From: Asterionella formosa
Lineage: Eukaryota
Direction: 5' to 3'
NCBI GenBank assembly: GCA_002256025.1
Contig: NKIB01000233.1
Coordinates: 1-34,345 of the forward strand
Length of the DNA: 34,345 nt
In this document: in pieces, positions 11,407 through 21,511 of the stretch
Layout of the letters: each line of letters opens with the position of its first letter
How positions within the stretch are numbered: position 1 is the first letter of the stretch
Notes under the pieces: generated by a model
What the model was told of the DNA's origin: nothing
Seen by the model: the letters and a program-made list of their open reading frames with translations, nothing else
The model's database searches: none
Program-made: the position numbers and the translations under genes

Positions 11407-12737
11407 ATGATTCAAAATGAGGGACGAAGTGATAAAAGCCAACATCGTTTGATTGACGATGACGATGGATTAGATGTTGCAATGGCGGCCCCTCGAGGAA
11501 GCAATGGCGACACTCCTGTCTGCCGACGGGCATCTCCTTTGATCAGCCCAACTGCCCGGTTTACGAGAAACCCCAACTCACAAGAGTCATCAGCTATTTT
11601 ATTACCGTATGAATCATTGTCCAGGCGTCCCCGAAGCAACCCTCGAACTCGAACTCCCATGCGCTATGAGAGTCCGTTGAATTCAAATGCTTTTCGACGT
11701 GAGGGCTTGCCTCCCACAGAGGCCCCCAGCCGAGAGGGGCGACGCATCTCTGTGAGGCCGTTCGCCGGAGCGGCAGTTGGATCAATCCAACCAGCACGAA
11801 TAGTAAGTAACAGTTTTTGACTAACAGAGAATCGTACTCTGCCTGGCATGAAAACTAAACCGAATTATTTTCCCTGGTGGTTTCGATTTTTCAGATCACT
11901 GAGGAAATTCATTATGCTCGTCGATCGTTTGTGCCAGGCAACTCCCAAAAGCAACGCCCTTCCCATCGTAAAATTAGACGATGGAACAACGACAATTTTG
12001 TCGGTATCGCCTTGGAACTGGCGAAGTCATCTTCAAGAGGACCTGCTGTGGCTGAATCTTTGCTAATAGCACAAGCGGATGCAGCAAACTATCGCGCTGT
12101 GTACAACCCTCATGACTGTCAACAGTCCGTAATCTCCAAGTTGTCAGAAGATGCCAAGTTAGCTGACGTCCGTGATAAATTCCTTAATGGTGAAATCGGT
12201 CATGGCATAGCAGTTCAACATCCATCCCGCAAGAAAGAGTTAGAAGAAGCTTCTGTCACGCCAGCCATGATGATGAATCGCATTCATCGGCGGCTTCGTG
12301 GCGTCGTTGTCCGAGCGTGTTGCAATTCAGAATTCTCGATGGGAGTAATTGACGCCTTTGAAAGATTCTTAGTGAACTGTTTCGCGATGGGCCCTACCGC
12401 ATCATTGCACCTCGTCGACACTTTGATTGAAGCACCAACAATCACAAAGTTAACGACAGGCCAAACGCTTGTTCGGTTTTACTTTGATTCAACGTCGTCC
12501 AGGGGTGGATTTCACCGGCTTTTGCTGCATGCTGTTTGTCAGTTTCATGGTTTGCATGCGGTGTCAATTTCAGTTGATTTGAATCAAAACAGCAAGTCGA
12601 GACTGTTGACTGTCACTGGCAATGACTTATCAAGCCCCAACGTTCGACTAGTTGTTCTTGCTGCAGAGATACATGAAGCGAACCCAGTCGCCGAGGTTTT
12701 CCAGCTAGCGAGTCAGATAAATGCACTCAAGGTCTGA
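11407..12737 (+). CDS. R3H domain protein with R3H-associated N-terminal region (R3HDM4-like); exons 11407-11802 and 11895-12737
   Basis: A GTAAGT...TTTTTCAG intron at 11803-11894 joins two ORFs in phase 0. RKIRRWNND resembles the R3H-assoc motif; FHRLLLHAVCQFHGL is the RxxxH motif. Confidence 0.85.
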
Positions 12738-12916
12738 CCATGAATTATTGCAAAATGCTGTCACTATTATTTTTATTGTCCCCAGTCCTTTAGACCCCTT
12801 CCTTGTCTCGCGGTTCACGACAACGGTTGAACCGCCGAAACGTCTGCGAACAGTACGACATGTATATACCGGTAGTGCTAGAATAAATAATCATGTGCAA
12901 TATCAAGTGGAAGGCT

Positions 12917-14587
12917 CTATGTGGCAGTAGCTTCCTTTTCCTCCTTTTCTTTTTCTTCGTTGATTGCCTTCCACCTCAGCGTACTTAAGCCAATCGTTTG
13001 AGCAATGTCACGAGCAGCGTTTGGCGCGCCTTTGGCCTTCGCTGCATCACTGAGGAGCTTCATCTTCTTGTCGTCCGTTAGCCAAATAACAAGCTCTTCG
13101 CCTATGCCTTGGGGGTCTTTGTCGCTAATGAATGCACCAAAACCACCATCAATAACGTAGTCAACATTCCCCTCTTCCTGACCAGGTAGGAATGAGGTCA
13201 GCATGACTGGTAATGCGAGAGCGGCAGCCTCTGAGATTGTCCCAGGTCCAGCTTTTGAAACAAGGACATCAGAGGCAACCATGTACTGGGCCATCTGGGT
13301 GACGAATCCAAGACCAACCACTTGCACATTTCCTTGAGATTTTTCATTATTTATTGATCCATCGAAAGCTGATGCACCCTGTTCGTTCGGAGGTTCTACG
13401 TCGTCCATCTTCTTCTCTTCGCTTTCCGAGGCTACTGGAGAAGTAGATTGTCGTCGGTCAACAATTGCGAGGGATCCATTGCTAAGAATCTTACGAATGG
13501 AACTGGCAACCGAACCTTCAATGCATCCCCCAGAAGGGCTCGCTGCTGCCGCTGCTGCTGCTGCTGCTCCACATACATCGATGCTGTATAGACTGCTGGT
13601 AGTACCATATGCGTCCTTTTGCAAAAGGTGCTGTTCAAGGACAGTATCCCATTGTCTGGAATCCAGCTCTGACTTGAGCTTATCGTTTCTCCCGCAAACT
13701 ACAAGGATCAACGCATCTATTCCATTGCTCACAAGCTCTGCGTAGATGGAGTTGACAATATTGGAAAGCGATCCAACTCCTTCTCCTCCACCCATGACCA
13801 AAATAGTTTTCCTATCCACATATGGCAAGTCAAGCTCTCCTCTCACACTCTTTTGGTATGCCACACCTTCTGGAGACATTCTCTCTCCAAGTAGCTCTGC
13901 TTGTACAGCAAAGTCGTGTCGAATGGGTAATCCGCTCAGGACGAGCTTGTCGTCCGGAACCTTTCCTCTGACCGAGGCTAATTTGTAAATTTGTTCTGAT
14001 CCAACAAACATCTTTTCGACTCCATTGGCAAACCACAAACAATGTGCCGATCCCAAGTCCGTAACGACTGTAAACATAGGAAGATGCTTTCCAGTTTTTT
14101 GGCTGATTTTCGCGCAACTCATTACTGGAACGTTGCACATTAGGGGATGGACGGAAATTACGACATCTGGGTCAATGTCCATGAGGCGCCTGCGGACAGC
14201 GCGCTCACACATGACCTTCAAATGAGCATCAGCAATCATTTCGAATGCACGAGTATTGGAGACCTCGTAAACAAACTTCCATTGTGTCGGGTTAGCGCCC
14301 AAGTGTTTGTACCAATTGACCAGCGAAGAATATGGAGGTGTTCCTTCGTTCGCAACCATGTCGTGAAGAATGTAGGTAGTTCCCGGATAAAGCAACTGGA
14401 ACTGCGTTGCAAGGGCCTCTGCACTTGCTCGATGCCCCCCTCCAGTGTCCGAAGAGAGGAAGAGAATCTTGAGAGCATGGTTTCTTCCATCATCAACAGT
14501 TTCGTTTTCCGTGCTACCTTCGGTTTTCAATATTACCTCCGACATGGACTCTGTTTCTGCGTTGACTTCAAAGCCTTCGTCTTCCAT
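12917..14587 (-). CDS. MGD: Monogalactosyldiacylglycerol synthase (GT28 family)
   Basis: Motifs SDTGGGHRASAEAL, ISVHPLM, TVVTDL, GLPIR, MGGGEG, KAGPGTISEA, PGQEEGNV; intact 556-aa ORF. Confidence 0.96.
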   Translation of the reverse strand: MEDEGFEVNAETESMSEVILKTEGSTENETVDDGRNHALKILFLSSDTGGGHRASAEALATQFQLLYPGTTYILHDMVANEGTPPYSSLVNWYKHLGANPTQWKFVYEVSNTRAFEMIADAHLKVMCERAVRRRLMDIDPDVVISVHPLMCNVPVMSCAKISQKTGKHLPMFTVVTDLGSAHCLWFANGVEKMFVGSEQIYKLASVRGKVPDDKLVLSGLPIRHDFAVQAELLGERMSPEGVAYQKSVRGELDLPYVDRKTILVMGGGEGVGSLSNIVNSIYAELVSNGIDALILVVCGRNDKLKSELDSRQWDTVLEQHLLQKDAYGTTSSLYSIDVCGAAAAAAAAASPSGGCIEGSVASSIRKILSNGSLAIVDRRQSTSPVASESEEKKMDDVEPPNEQGASAFDGSINNEKSQGNVQVVGLGFVTQMAQYMVASDVLVSKAGPGTISEAAALALPVMLTSFLPGQEEGNVDYVIDGGFGAFISDKDPQGIGEELVIWLTDDKKMKLLSDAAKAKGAPNAARDIAQTIGLSTLRWKAINEEKEKEEKEATAT

Positions 14588-14853
14588 TCTTCTTTTGAAT
14601 TATATTTAGTTGTGTTAAGCGAGTGCCCGAATGGTGGGAACAAACTCGGAATGTGCCGCAAACAGAGTACAAGGGTACCGGTAGTATTTATCAGGAGCAG
14701 ATTCGTTGATGTACCAGAGGACATGTGGTGCAATCAACCAAACAAGTCGTCGTTTTATCGCATTGCTCGTTCATTTAGCATGTAACAAAACATAGTCCTA
14801 AAAGCAAAACATGATTCGAATTACCGCAGGCCATGTTCGTACCTTCTTGTCCT

Positions 14854-15247
14854 NNNNNNNNNNNNNNNNNNNNNNNNNNNNNNNNNNNNNNNNNNNNNNN
14901 NNNNNNNNNNNNNNNNNNNNNNNNNNNNNNNNNNNNNNNNNNNNNNNNNNNNNNNNNNNNNNNNNNNNNNNNNNNNNNNNNNNNNNNNNNNNNNNNNNNN
15001 NNNNNNNNNNNNNNNNNNNNNNNNNNNNNNNNNNNNNNNNNNNNNNNNNNNNNNNNNNNNNNNNNNNNNNNNNNNNNNNNNNNNNNNNNNNNNNNNNNNN
15101 NNNNNNNNNNNNNNNNNNNNNNNNNNNNNNNNNNNNNNNNNNNNNNNNNNNNNNNNNNNNNNNNNNNNNNNNNNNNNNNNNNNNNNNNNNNNNNNNNNNN
15201 NNNNNNNNNNNNNNNNNNNNNNNNNNNNNNNNNNNNNNNNNNNNNNN
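14854..15247. other. Assembly gap
   Basis: Run of N. Confidence 1.
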
Positions 15248-15313
15248 ACGTGAACATATAAAATAGAAAGAATTAAAACTTTAACGCTTTCGAGTTGGCA
15301 CGCCTTCACTATT

Positions 15314-15510
15314 GCTATAAATATGATCACTTTGGCAAATATAGCAAAATGTTTTTGATTTAGCAGATAAAGTAACTTTACTCGAATCGAGCAATGACCC
15401 AATGACCCAAAGTAAACGTCACTCGATTCAGCACGGTAAAGTTTAGCTACTTAATTTGCTGCCAAATCAAAACATGTTGCTACATCTGCCAAAATGATCA
15501 TATTTAGAGC
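15314..15510. mobile_element. Foldback / MITE-like palindromic element
   Basis: GCTATAAATATGATCACTTTGGCAAATATAGCAA...AACTTTAC pairs imperfectly with GTAAAGTT...TTGCTACATCTGCCAAAATGATCATATTTAGAGC over ~70 bp. Confidence 0.65.
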
Positions 15511-15586
15511 TCAAACCTTTTTCAAAATCCTCCTGCAAATGCAACCTGGTAGGTAAGCAAATCCATCCACATCTGGTACCAGGGTA

Positions 15587-15682
15587 CCAGCAAGTTGCGG
15601 TAATTTTGCTGAAACTAAAGATTTAGCTTTCTTTATCCAAGATTAAAATGTTAGTTTAAGCAAAATGACCGCAACTTGCGGG
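15587..15682. mobile_element. TA-flanked MITE copy (inverted relative to the 11192 copy)
   Basis: TA|CCAGCAAGTTGCGGTAATTTTGCT...AGCAAAATGACCGCAACTTGCGGG|TA; interior is the reverse complement of the 11192 copy. Confidence 0.9.
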
Positions 15683-16279
15683 TACGTAGTAGGACTCGCA
15701 TGCCTCACACGGGGAATGGCAGAATTCAAGCTCAGAGAACAGACGGTAGTCCACGTGCGAACTGGGATATATTAATTTAGCTGAAATAATGCGATTTGTC
15801 CATATTAGAAAACGCTAAGAATAGAGTATACCAGTAGTCACGGTGAGTTGCTGGAGAATCCTTCATCATTTTGTTGTCTCAGCGTTGACCATGACGAAAT
15901 TTGCCATAATCTACATGAACAGCACAGTATGGAGAAACTTCACATGAACACACAAACTACACTGCTCTAGTTTGTCACCTCTTTGAAATGTGTGGTAAAA
16001 ATTTATATTTCAATGAAAATATTACTTTAGGCTCTTCATCGCTCTTTTCCTATAGTAAACTAAGTTTTGACTTAACCGGTATACGATTTTTTGAGACCCC
16101 CTTATGCAGCTGTCTGTACATCGCCTCCACCATGTCGATTGCAACAGGTGATGGAAAATTGCGGCCAAAATGGAAAGAGTTCTAGTAACTACAAGTGCTA
16201 GTCAATTAGAGCTAGTTGAGCTACTTTATTGGCATGTTTTTAGATACATAGAGCATCGAATTATTGCTGAATTCCAGTG

Positions 16280-16960
16280 CGTTTGTTTGGCCAATTGTTG
16301 TCATTGTTGAATCTACAGCCAATCGTGGTCCCGTATGATCATCATAAAGGCAATGATTCCAAAACATTTGTTCGATTGCACTCCTACAATGAAGAAGATG
16401 AGCCCCAACGCTTTCCTTGCTTACTGGCCAACTGCCTGGGTATCACCAGTTACAATGTTGCATGGCTGCCTGCTTTCCACAGATGTTCTCCGCAAAATTT
16501 TGCCCTTCCACATCTCGAACATCACACATTTACAATACTCTCTCCACGGCATCTCAAACACAGCAGTCTGTCAGAGATTTAAGGACGAGGAGGGAGGGTT
16601 AGCGGATGTTGGTGGCAGCAAGAACAATCAGCAATCAGCCGATTTGGTTTCAACCGACACATTGAAAAGTTGACAAATTGCAACTTCATCACACAGGGCC
16701 GACTTTCATGCATGCAAGCGTGGTCAGCCAAAAGGAGATCAACACTTACCTTCGATGGAGTATGCAGCATTGTTGGAACAATGTGCTGCGACAGCGCGAA
16801 CATCACAAGAATGAGCACAATTGACCGCACCCATATTTATTTAATTAAATACATGTTATAATCGTCAATCTTGGACCACATAATTGAAAATCATGCTGAA
16901 AGGAAAACTCACAATGTCAATGATGGCCTCTGCGTGGTATATTTGATGTGGTTTTCCTTC
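16280..16960 (-). pseudogene. Possible highly decayed piggyBac-like transposase C-terminal relic
   Basis: Weak. Minus-strand fragments FPFSMIFNY, NMGAV(N) and YSIEGKC, then a Cys/His-rich tail, loosely resemble the MGGVD region; many stops. Confidence 0.25.
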
Positions 16961-18618
16961 TTTCTGGGCTTCTCCTTCTCTCAGCTCAACCTCCTTCCTA
17001 ATTTATAGCCTCTTGTGAAAGAAATTCGAGATTCAACCAAGAATGGGTGCCATTCTCAAACCCTTATTTTCGTCGCTTTTCTTCGTACGAGGATCGGTTC
17101 TATTGTCTCCTCATTTGCTTCTAGTCGCTCCTCAGGCAGTATCCCTTCTTGTCGTTCTAGTGCTGCTTTTCCCATATGCAGAATGTAGTAATAATCATTG
17201 TCTCCATGTCTGTTAATCACTTTCACAAGAATTCCATGTAAAGTAAGGAGAAGCAAACAAAAATTTTCAAAAATTTCATCGGTTCTTCAAATGATCCATA
17301 GCTAAGCTGCCATCACTGCAAAGCCCCTCTCGCTCTCAGTTAAGTTGTACAAATCAAAATTCCCCGAAGAAATTTTTAGAATGGCCGCAACTACTCTTAA
17401 ACAGAGTTAGTACCAAATCCTGGCTAGTACAGAGTACCCTAGTACTCCTACCAGATAATAATTGAAACGCACGTATAACGTGCTTTCCTCTAAAACCACG
17501 GAGTTACATGAATTTCATAATACGGCCTGCCAAAAAGTACATTTGCGTCCCTAGTTTTGTAGGTGAGTCCCTAACCATCTTTCATGAAAGGTGATTGTCT
17601 TAGCCACACCAGCAGTAGGGGAAACTCCGACCGCCTCCTAGGAAGGCGGCACACTGCTTATAGGGGGGCGACCACTTTTCCTTGCACACCAGGCAAGACC
17701 GCATGGGATAGTGAGGATCGTTGGAGTCGAACCTAACAATTGCTTTTCAAAACAGTTGCAAGAATCGAGCCACAAATTTTCAAATCAAAGCAACTAAGCC
17801 ATTCCCCTACTCCTACACAATACCAGGAGTTATTACGGTATACAGTATAATGTATAAAATATGTAATAATTGTACCGGTACTCCCTCTGTTCATGGTCTG
17901 GTAGCTAATTGAGATATTAAGCTTCCACCGGTAATTTTTTCCCCTACACTACAAAATGACAGAAATGACAACAATGCAGGTGATGTGCACAAATCTCATA
18001 TATATGGTGAACTTGTATTGTTCTCTATGCATATGTTCTAGCTTTACCATGTAGTTATGAGTGGGACGAGAACAAAGTCTATGAAGGTTTCTACATAAGA
18101 ATATATATAAGTGATGAATCTCCGAAGTTATGAAATCACCGCAATCTGTGATTTTCGACTTCTTCATCTGTTGGTGAATCTTGGCAGCATTCCAGACTTA
18201 TTCTTTCTTCATATGAGAGAGCGTAAGTCTGAAATGCTGCGAAGATTCACTGAGAGATGAAGAAGTTGAAAATCGAAATGACAGTAATATGGACCCCTCT
18301 TTTCGTATCACTCGATTGGCATCATGAAACAAATTTAATTTAGCTAGCATAACACAAGACTGATTGATTAGGATTTTTGTTAGAATGATTTTCAATTGCC
18401 CATTTTATCAATAAACGTTTGAAACACAAAAGGTTAGCTTCGTGCATGTGAAAAATAACAAATAAACATTTAAATCAAATTTTAAACACTACACTTCTTT
18501 GTACGTGGTCCACATTCACCCGTATTACAGGTATTCTATGTACTTCCCCTTACATATAGGTATTACTGGTTTTATAGTAGCCACAAACTTGCTTCTTCGC
18601 ACGGCATCCCAGCATGCT

Positions 18619-18670
18619 ATCACATCACATCACATCACATCACGACTTATGACATGACATGACATGACAT
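18619..18670. repeat. Compound microsatellite (ATCAC)5-(ATGAC)4
   Basis: Directly visible ~100 bp upstream of the ATG at 18774. Confidence 0.9.
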
Positions 18671-18773
18671 CGTTTCACACAATTGAATACACTTAATTGT
18701 AATTCCTTCGTCGTGCATTGATAGATCATTTGTCACCTAGGATTCCTCAACAGAGAAGATACAGGAGCCAGCA

Positions 18774-19430
18774 ATGAAATCACCTAGCTCTGGTGTCAGC
18801 ACACAAACGGAACAGTCTGACGTTCAATTAAGAATGGTGTCGCCCAGTTCTATGACAGCGGACGAAGGATGGGAAATCGTCTCAGCAGAGGGTTGTTTCG
18901 TAACTGGGGTGATCCAGGTGACAAATTATTTAAGCGAGTCTTGGCATCGAAGATCATCATCAGTCCCTGATTTGCGGTATATTGAATCGCTGGACGCAGT
19001 AGCTGAAGGAGAAAGTACGGAGGGAGCTTATGATGCGAAGCCACAGAGTTCTTCGGCATGGGGCAATCCTGTTTCTTCAATAAAGAAGGTGTCGTCTTTT
19101 CATCATGTGCTGTCCTCCCTTGACAATGAGGTTGGCGACGCGGCCGTGGAAAGGCAGGGGGGTGTACTGATGCCTTTGAAGCGCAATAAAATCAAGCCCA
19201 AATTTGTTGTGGCTCCAATTCGCCGGTGTACCAAGTCAACAGGTGACTTGCAATTTTTAGCAATCATGACTGACGAGGTTATCGGAGAGCAAGATGCTAT
19301 GGAATTCTATGCACAAAAATCAGCAGGGCGCAAGGGGCGACAGAACGGACAAAAGATTCGCCCCGACGAAGCGAAGCGTAGAGAAATTATCTTGACCAAG
19401 AAGAGCTTGCAACGACAAGGGCAATCATAA
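18774..19430 (+). CDS. Hypothetical protein, 218 aa, basic C-terminus
   Basis: Clean ATG-TAA ORF with coding-like composition; C-terminal segment EFYAQKSAG..NGQKIRPDEAKRR; no family recognised. Confidence 0.75.
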   Translation: MKSPSSGVSTQTEQSDVQLRMVSPSSMTADEGWEIVSAEGCFVTGVIQVTNYLSESWHRRSSSVPDLRYIESLDAVAEGESTEGAYDAKPQSSSAWGNPVSSIKKVSSFHHVLSSLDNEVGDAAVERQGGVLMPLKRNKIKPKFVVAPIRRCTKSTGDLQFLAIMTDEVIGEQDAMEFYAQKSAGRKGRQNGQKIRPDEAKRREIILTKKSLQRQGQS

Positions 19431-19649
19431 AGATAGAGCCACGAGCAAGAGATCACAGAAAATCAACAAGATAGAGGGTGTGGGCGGAAAAAGTCACACT
19501 GGATGACATTTTCACTCATTGCACGAAATAGGAGCGTCGGATTCCTCAAACCCACGTCCTATAGTTCGCTTGTAACTTTTTACTCATATCTAGCGAGCAC
19601 ATATACTCCACAGAACGTAGATAATTTCATCCCTCGGCTTCTCATTTTG

Positions 19650-20234
19650 TTACATCGCCACGTCAATGACAAGAATTGTAATATCATCCACGTAGCCGCC
19701 TTTTTGCATGCATCTGTCCATGATGCGATCAACTGCATGCTCTGTAGAAACGTTATGCTCTTTCCCATCAACTACTTCGAAACGTCCAGCAAGTTCTCCG
19801 ACTTGGTCACTTGACAAAATATCCCATAGTCCGTTGCACGCCAGGATGAATCGATGCATATGCTTTTCGGCGCTCAAGTCAATCTGAAAGACCTCAGGCG
19901 TACAAATCAGTGCCTTACTCAAAGACATATCGCCAATGGTACGTGACACAGACAATCCTCCTGGGTACACTCGCAGTGGAGACTCTTCGTCTTCCTTGCC
20001 AAGGGAGGCTTCTCCTCGCTTCACCCATTCCTTGATTCGCATGGCTTCGAGAGGATCACTGGGACGGTGATTGTTTGTAATTTGCTTGAACTTCTTGGTC
20101 CCGATTCCTTCGTCTGTTAACAATCGACAATCTCCTGTGTTAGCAACAACAGCATATACCATGGAAAGGTAGCGGTCTCGAGGTGTTCGCTTGCTGGCAT
20201 ACTTCAAGTTGCGAAAAACCGTAAGTGTCAGCTC
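19650..20234 (-). pseudogene. Protein phosphatase 2C (PPM), C-terminal half, cut by an LTR insertion
   Basis: ANTGDCR, NHRP, RVYPGGLSVSRTIGD, LACNGLWD (D>N at the DG motif), DDITILVID. The first ~35 aa of the listed ORF are LTR sequence. Confidence 0.85.
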
Positions 20235-20355
20235 TGTTGAAATTGCGTCCCGAAGCACTCTATGCTTTCTTGTATCCTGTAAGGACACATCAGGGACCAA
20301 ATAGGCTGTAGATTTGAACAACGATGTTGCAGTAATCAATTGTAATCGTTCCTAA

Positions 20356-21333
20356 GGGCCGTTCTTATCATTCTGTCATTAGTCGTCATTGGTGTATCAT
20401 CTCCAAAATATGATACAAAAATGGCGGTTTGGCTTTTTTTGTGTATCACCAAAGGTTTTTGTGGTCTGATCACCGGAGTATCATGGATGTATCACTGATA
20501 CAGTTTTTGGACCCCTGACCAATGCTGCATCAGTGATACAGCTGTTGATTGCTGTGTATCACATCCGTTGCCACTGATAAAATAACTGTAGACATGCCAG
20601 CGCCAAATATATAATTTATTTTGTTGATGGAAAATCAACATCAGCAACACAGCGCAACATGAAAGCACCACTGGTGCAATCAATTGATCTAATGCCGTCT
20701 ATAATTCAAATTCTACCCTCACACCACTTTTTCAAGCCCTTTTGTCATATGATAGTATTGTTGTAGTCGTATTAGCAGTCAAAGCTTTAGTCGTTGTTGT
20801 AACAAATCAATAGTTCTATTTGCGATCCTATAAATTGACAAATGTTCTTCTACATTGTAGATTGATAATTTCTTATGCAATTTTAAAGACGTATATATAT
20901 TTCCTTTTCTATTGTATTGTTCATGTAATGATATCTTAGACTGCAAAGGCACAGCGACTCCTTTGCAATTTTGATGGAGAAATAGCCAATTATCAACATG
21001 GTCAATGTGTTGACGAGTCTCTCAATAACCAGGTACCAGGGTACTAGTAGCATGTACACACAGGCTCTGTAAGATAATATGTAGCATGTACACACAGGCT
21101 CTGTAAGATGATATGATATTGGTTATTTTATTCCGATTATTTTTATTTAGGCTACACATATGCATATTACTGCTCAGATATATCTATTTTCGAAGCTGGC
21201 CTGTCACCGTTAACAATCCTTGTTACTCCATGATACACTATGATACAGTGTCAAGTTTGGAATGAATGAAATTCAGTTCAAATCGAGTTACTGTTGCTGA
21301 TAAGTAGACGAAAAGAAATGATAAGAACAGCCC
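20356..21333. mobile_element. PIF/Harbinger-type non-autonomous element (978 bp) inserted in the LTR
   Basis: TIR GGGCCGTTCTTATCATT / AATGATAAGAACAGCCC with 3-bp TSD TAA; the uninterrupted LTR is seen at 26049-26327; subterminal TGTATCA/TGATACA repeats. Confidence 0.88.
21047..21115. repeat. 34-bp tandem duplication
   Basis: GTAGCATGTACACACAGGCTCTGTAAGAT at 21047 and 21081. Confidence 0.9.
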
Positions 21334-21511
21334 TAAGAGTTTTAGTAGAATTATGGGTTTTACTGCTGGTGTAGATTGTTTTCGAATTCTGAGTTTTCTC
21401 TGGTACCATATTCTTTTTGATTCATTCGATTCAATATGTAGTAGGTAATTTATACCGGGATTTTCTTTCCTAAAATAATTTCTCCAACACGCTCCTGCTG
21501 GACACAGATGC

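Noticed and set aside
14147..14785. 212-aa plus-strand ORF
   Set aside because: Antisense shadow of the MGD coding sequence with no recognisable motifs.
14775..15402. ORFs spanning the second N run
   Set aside because: Artefacts of translating the gap.
19650..20339. Complete 229-aa PP2C gene
   Set aside because: The N-terminal part is LTR sequence, motifs 1-2 are absent and a catalytic Asp is substituted.
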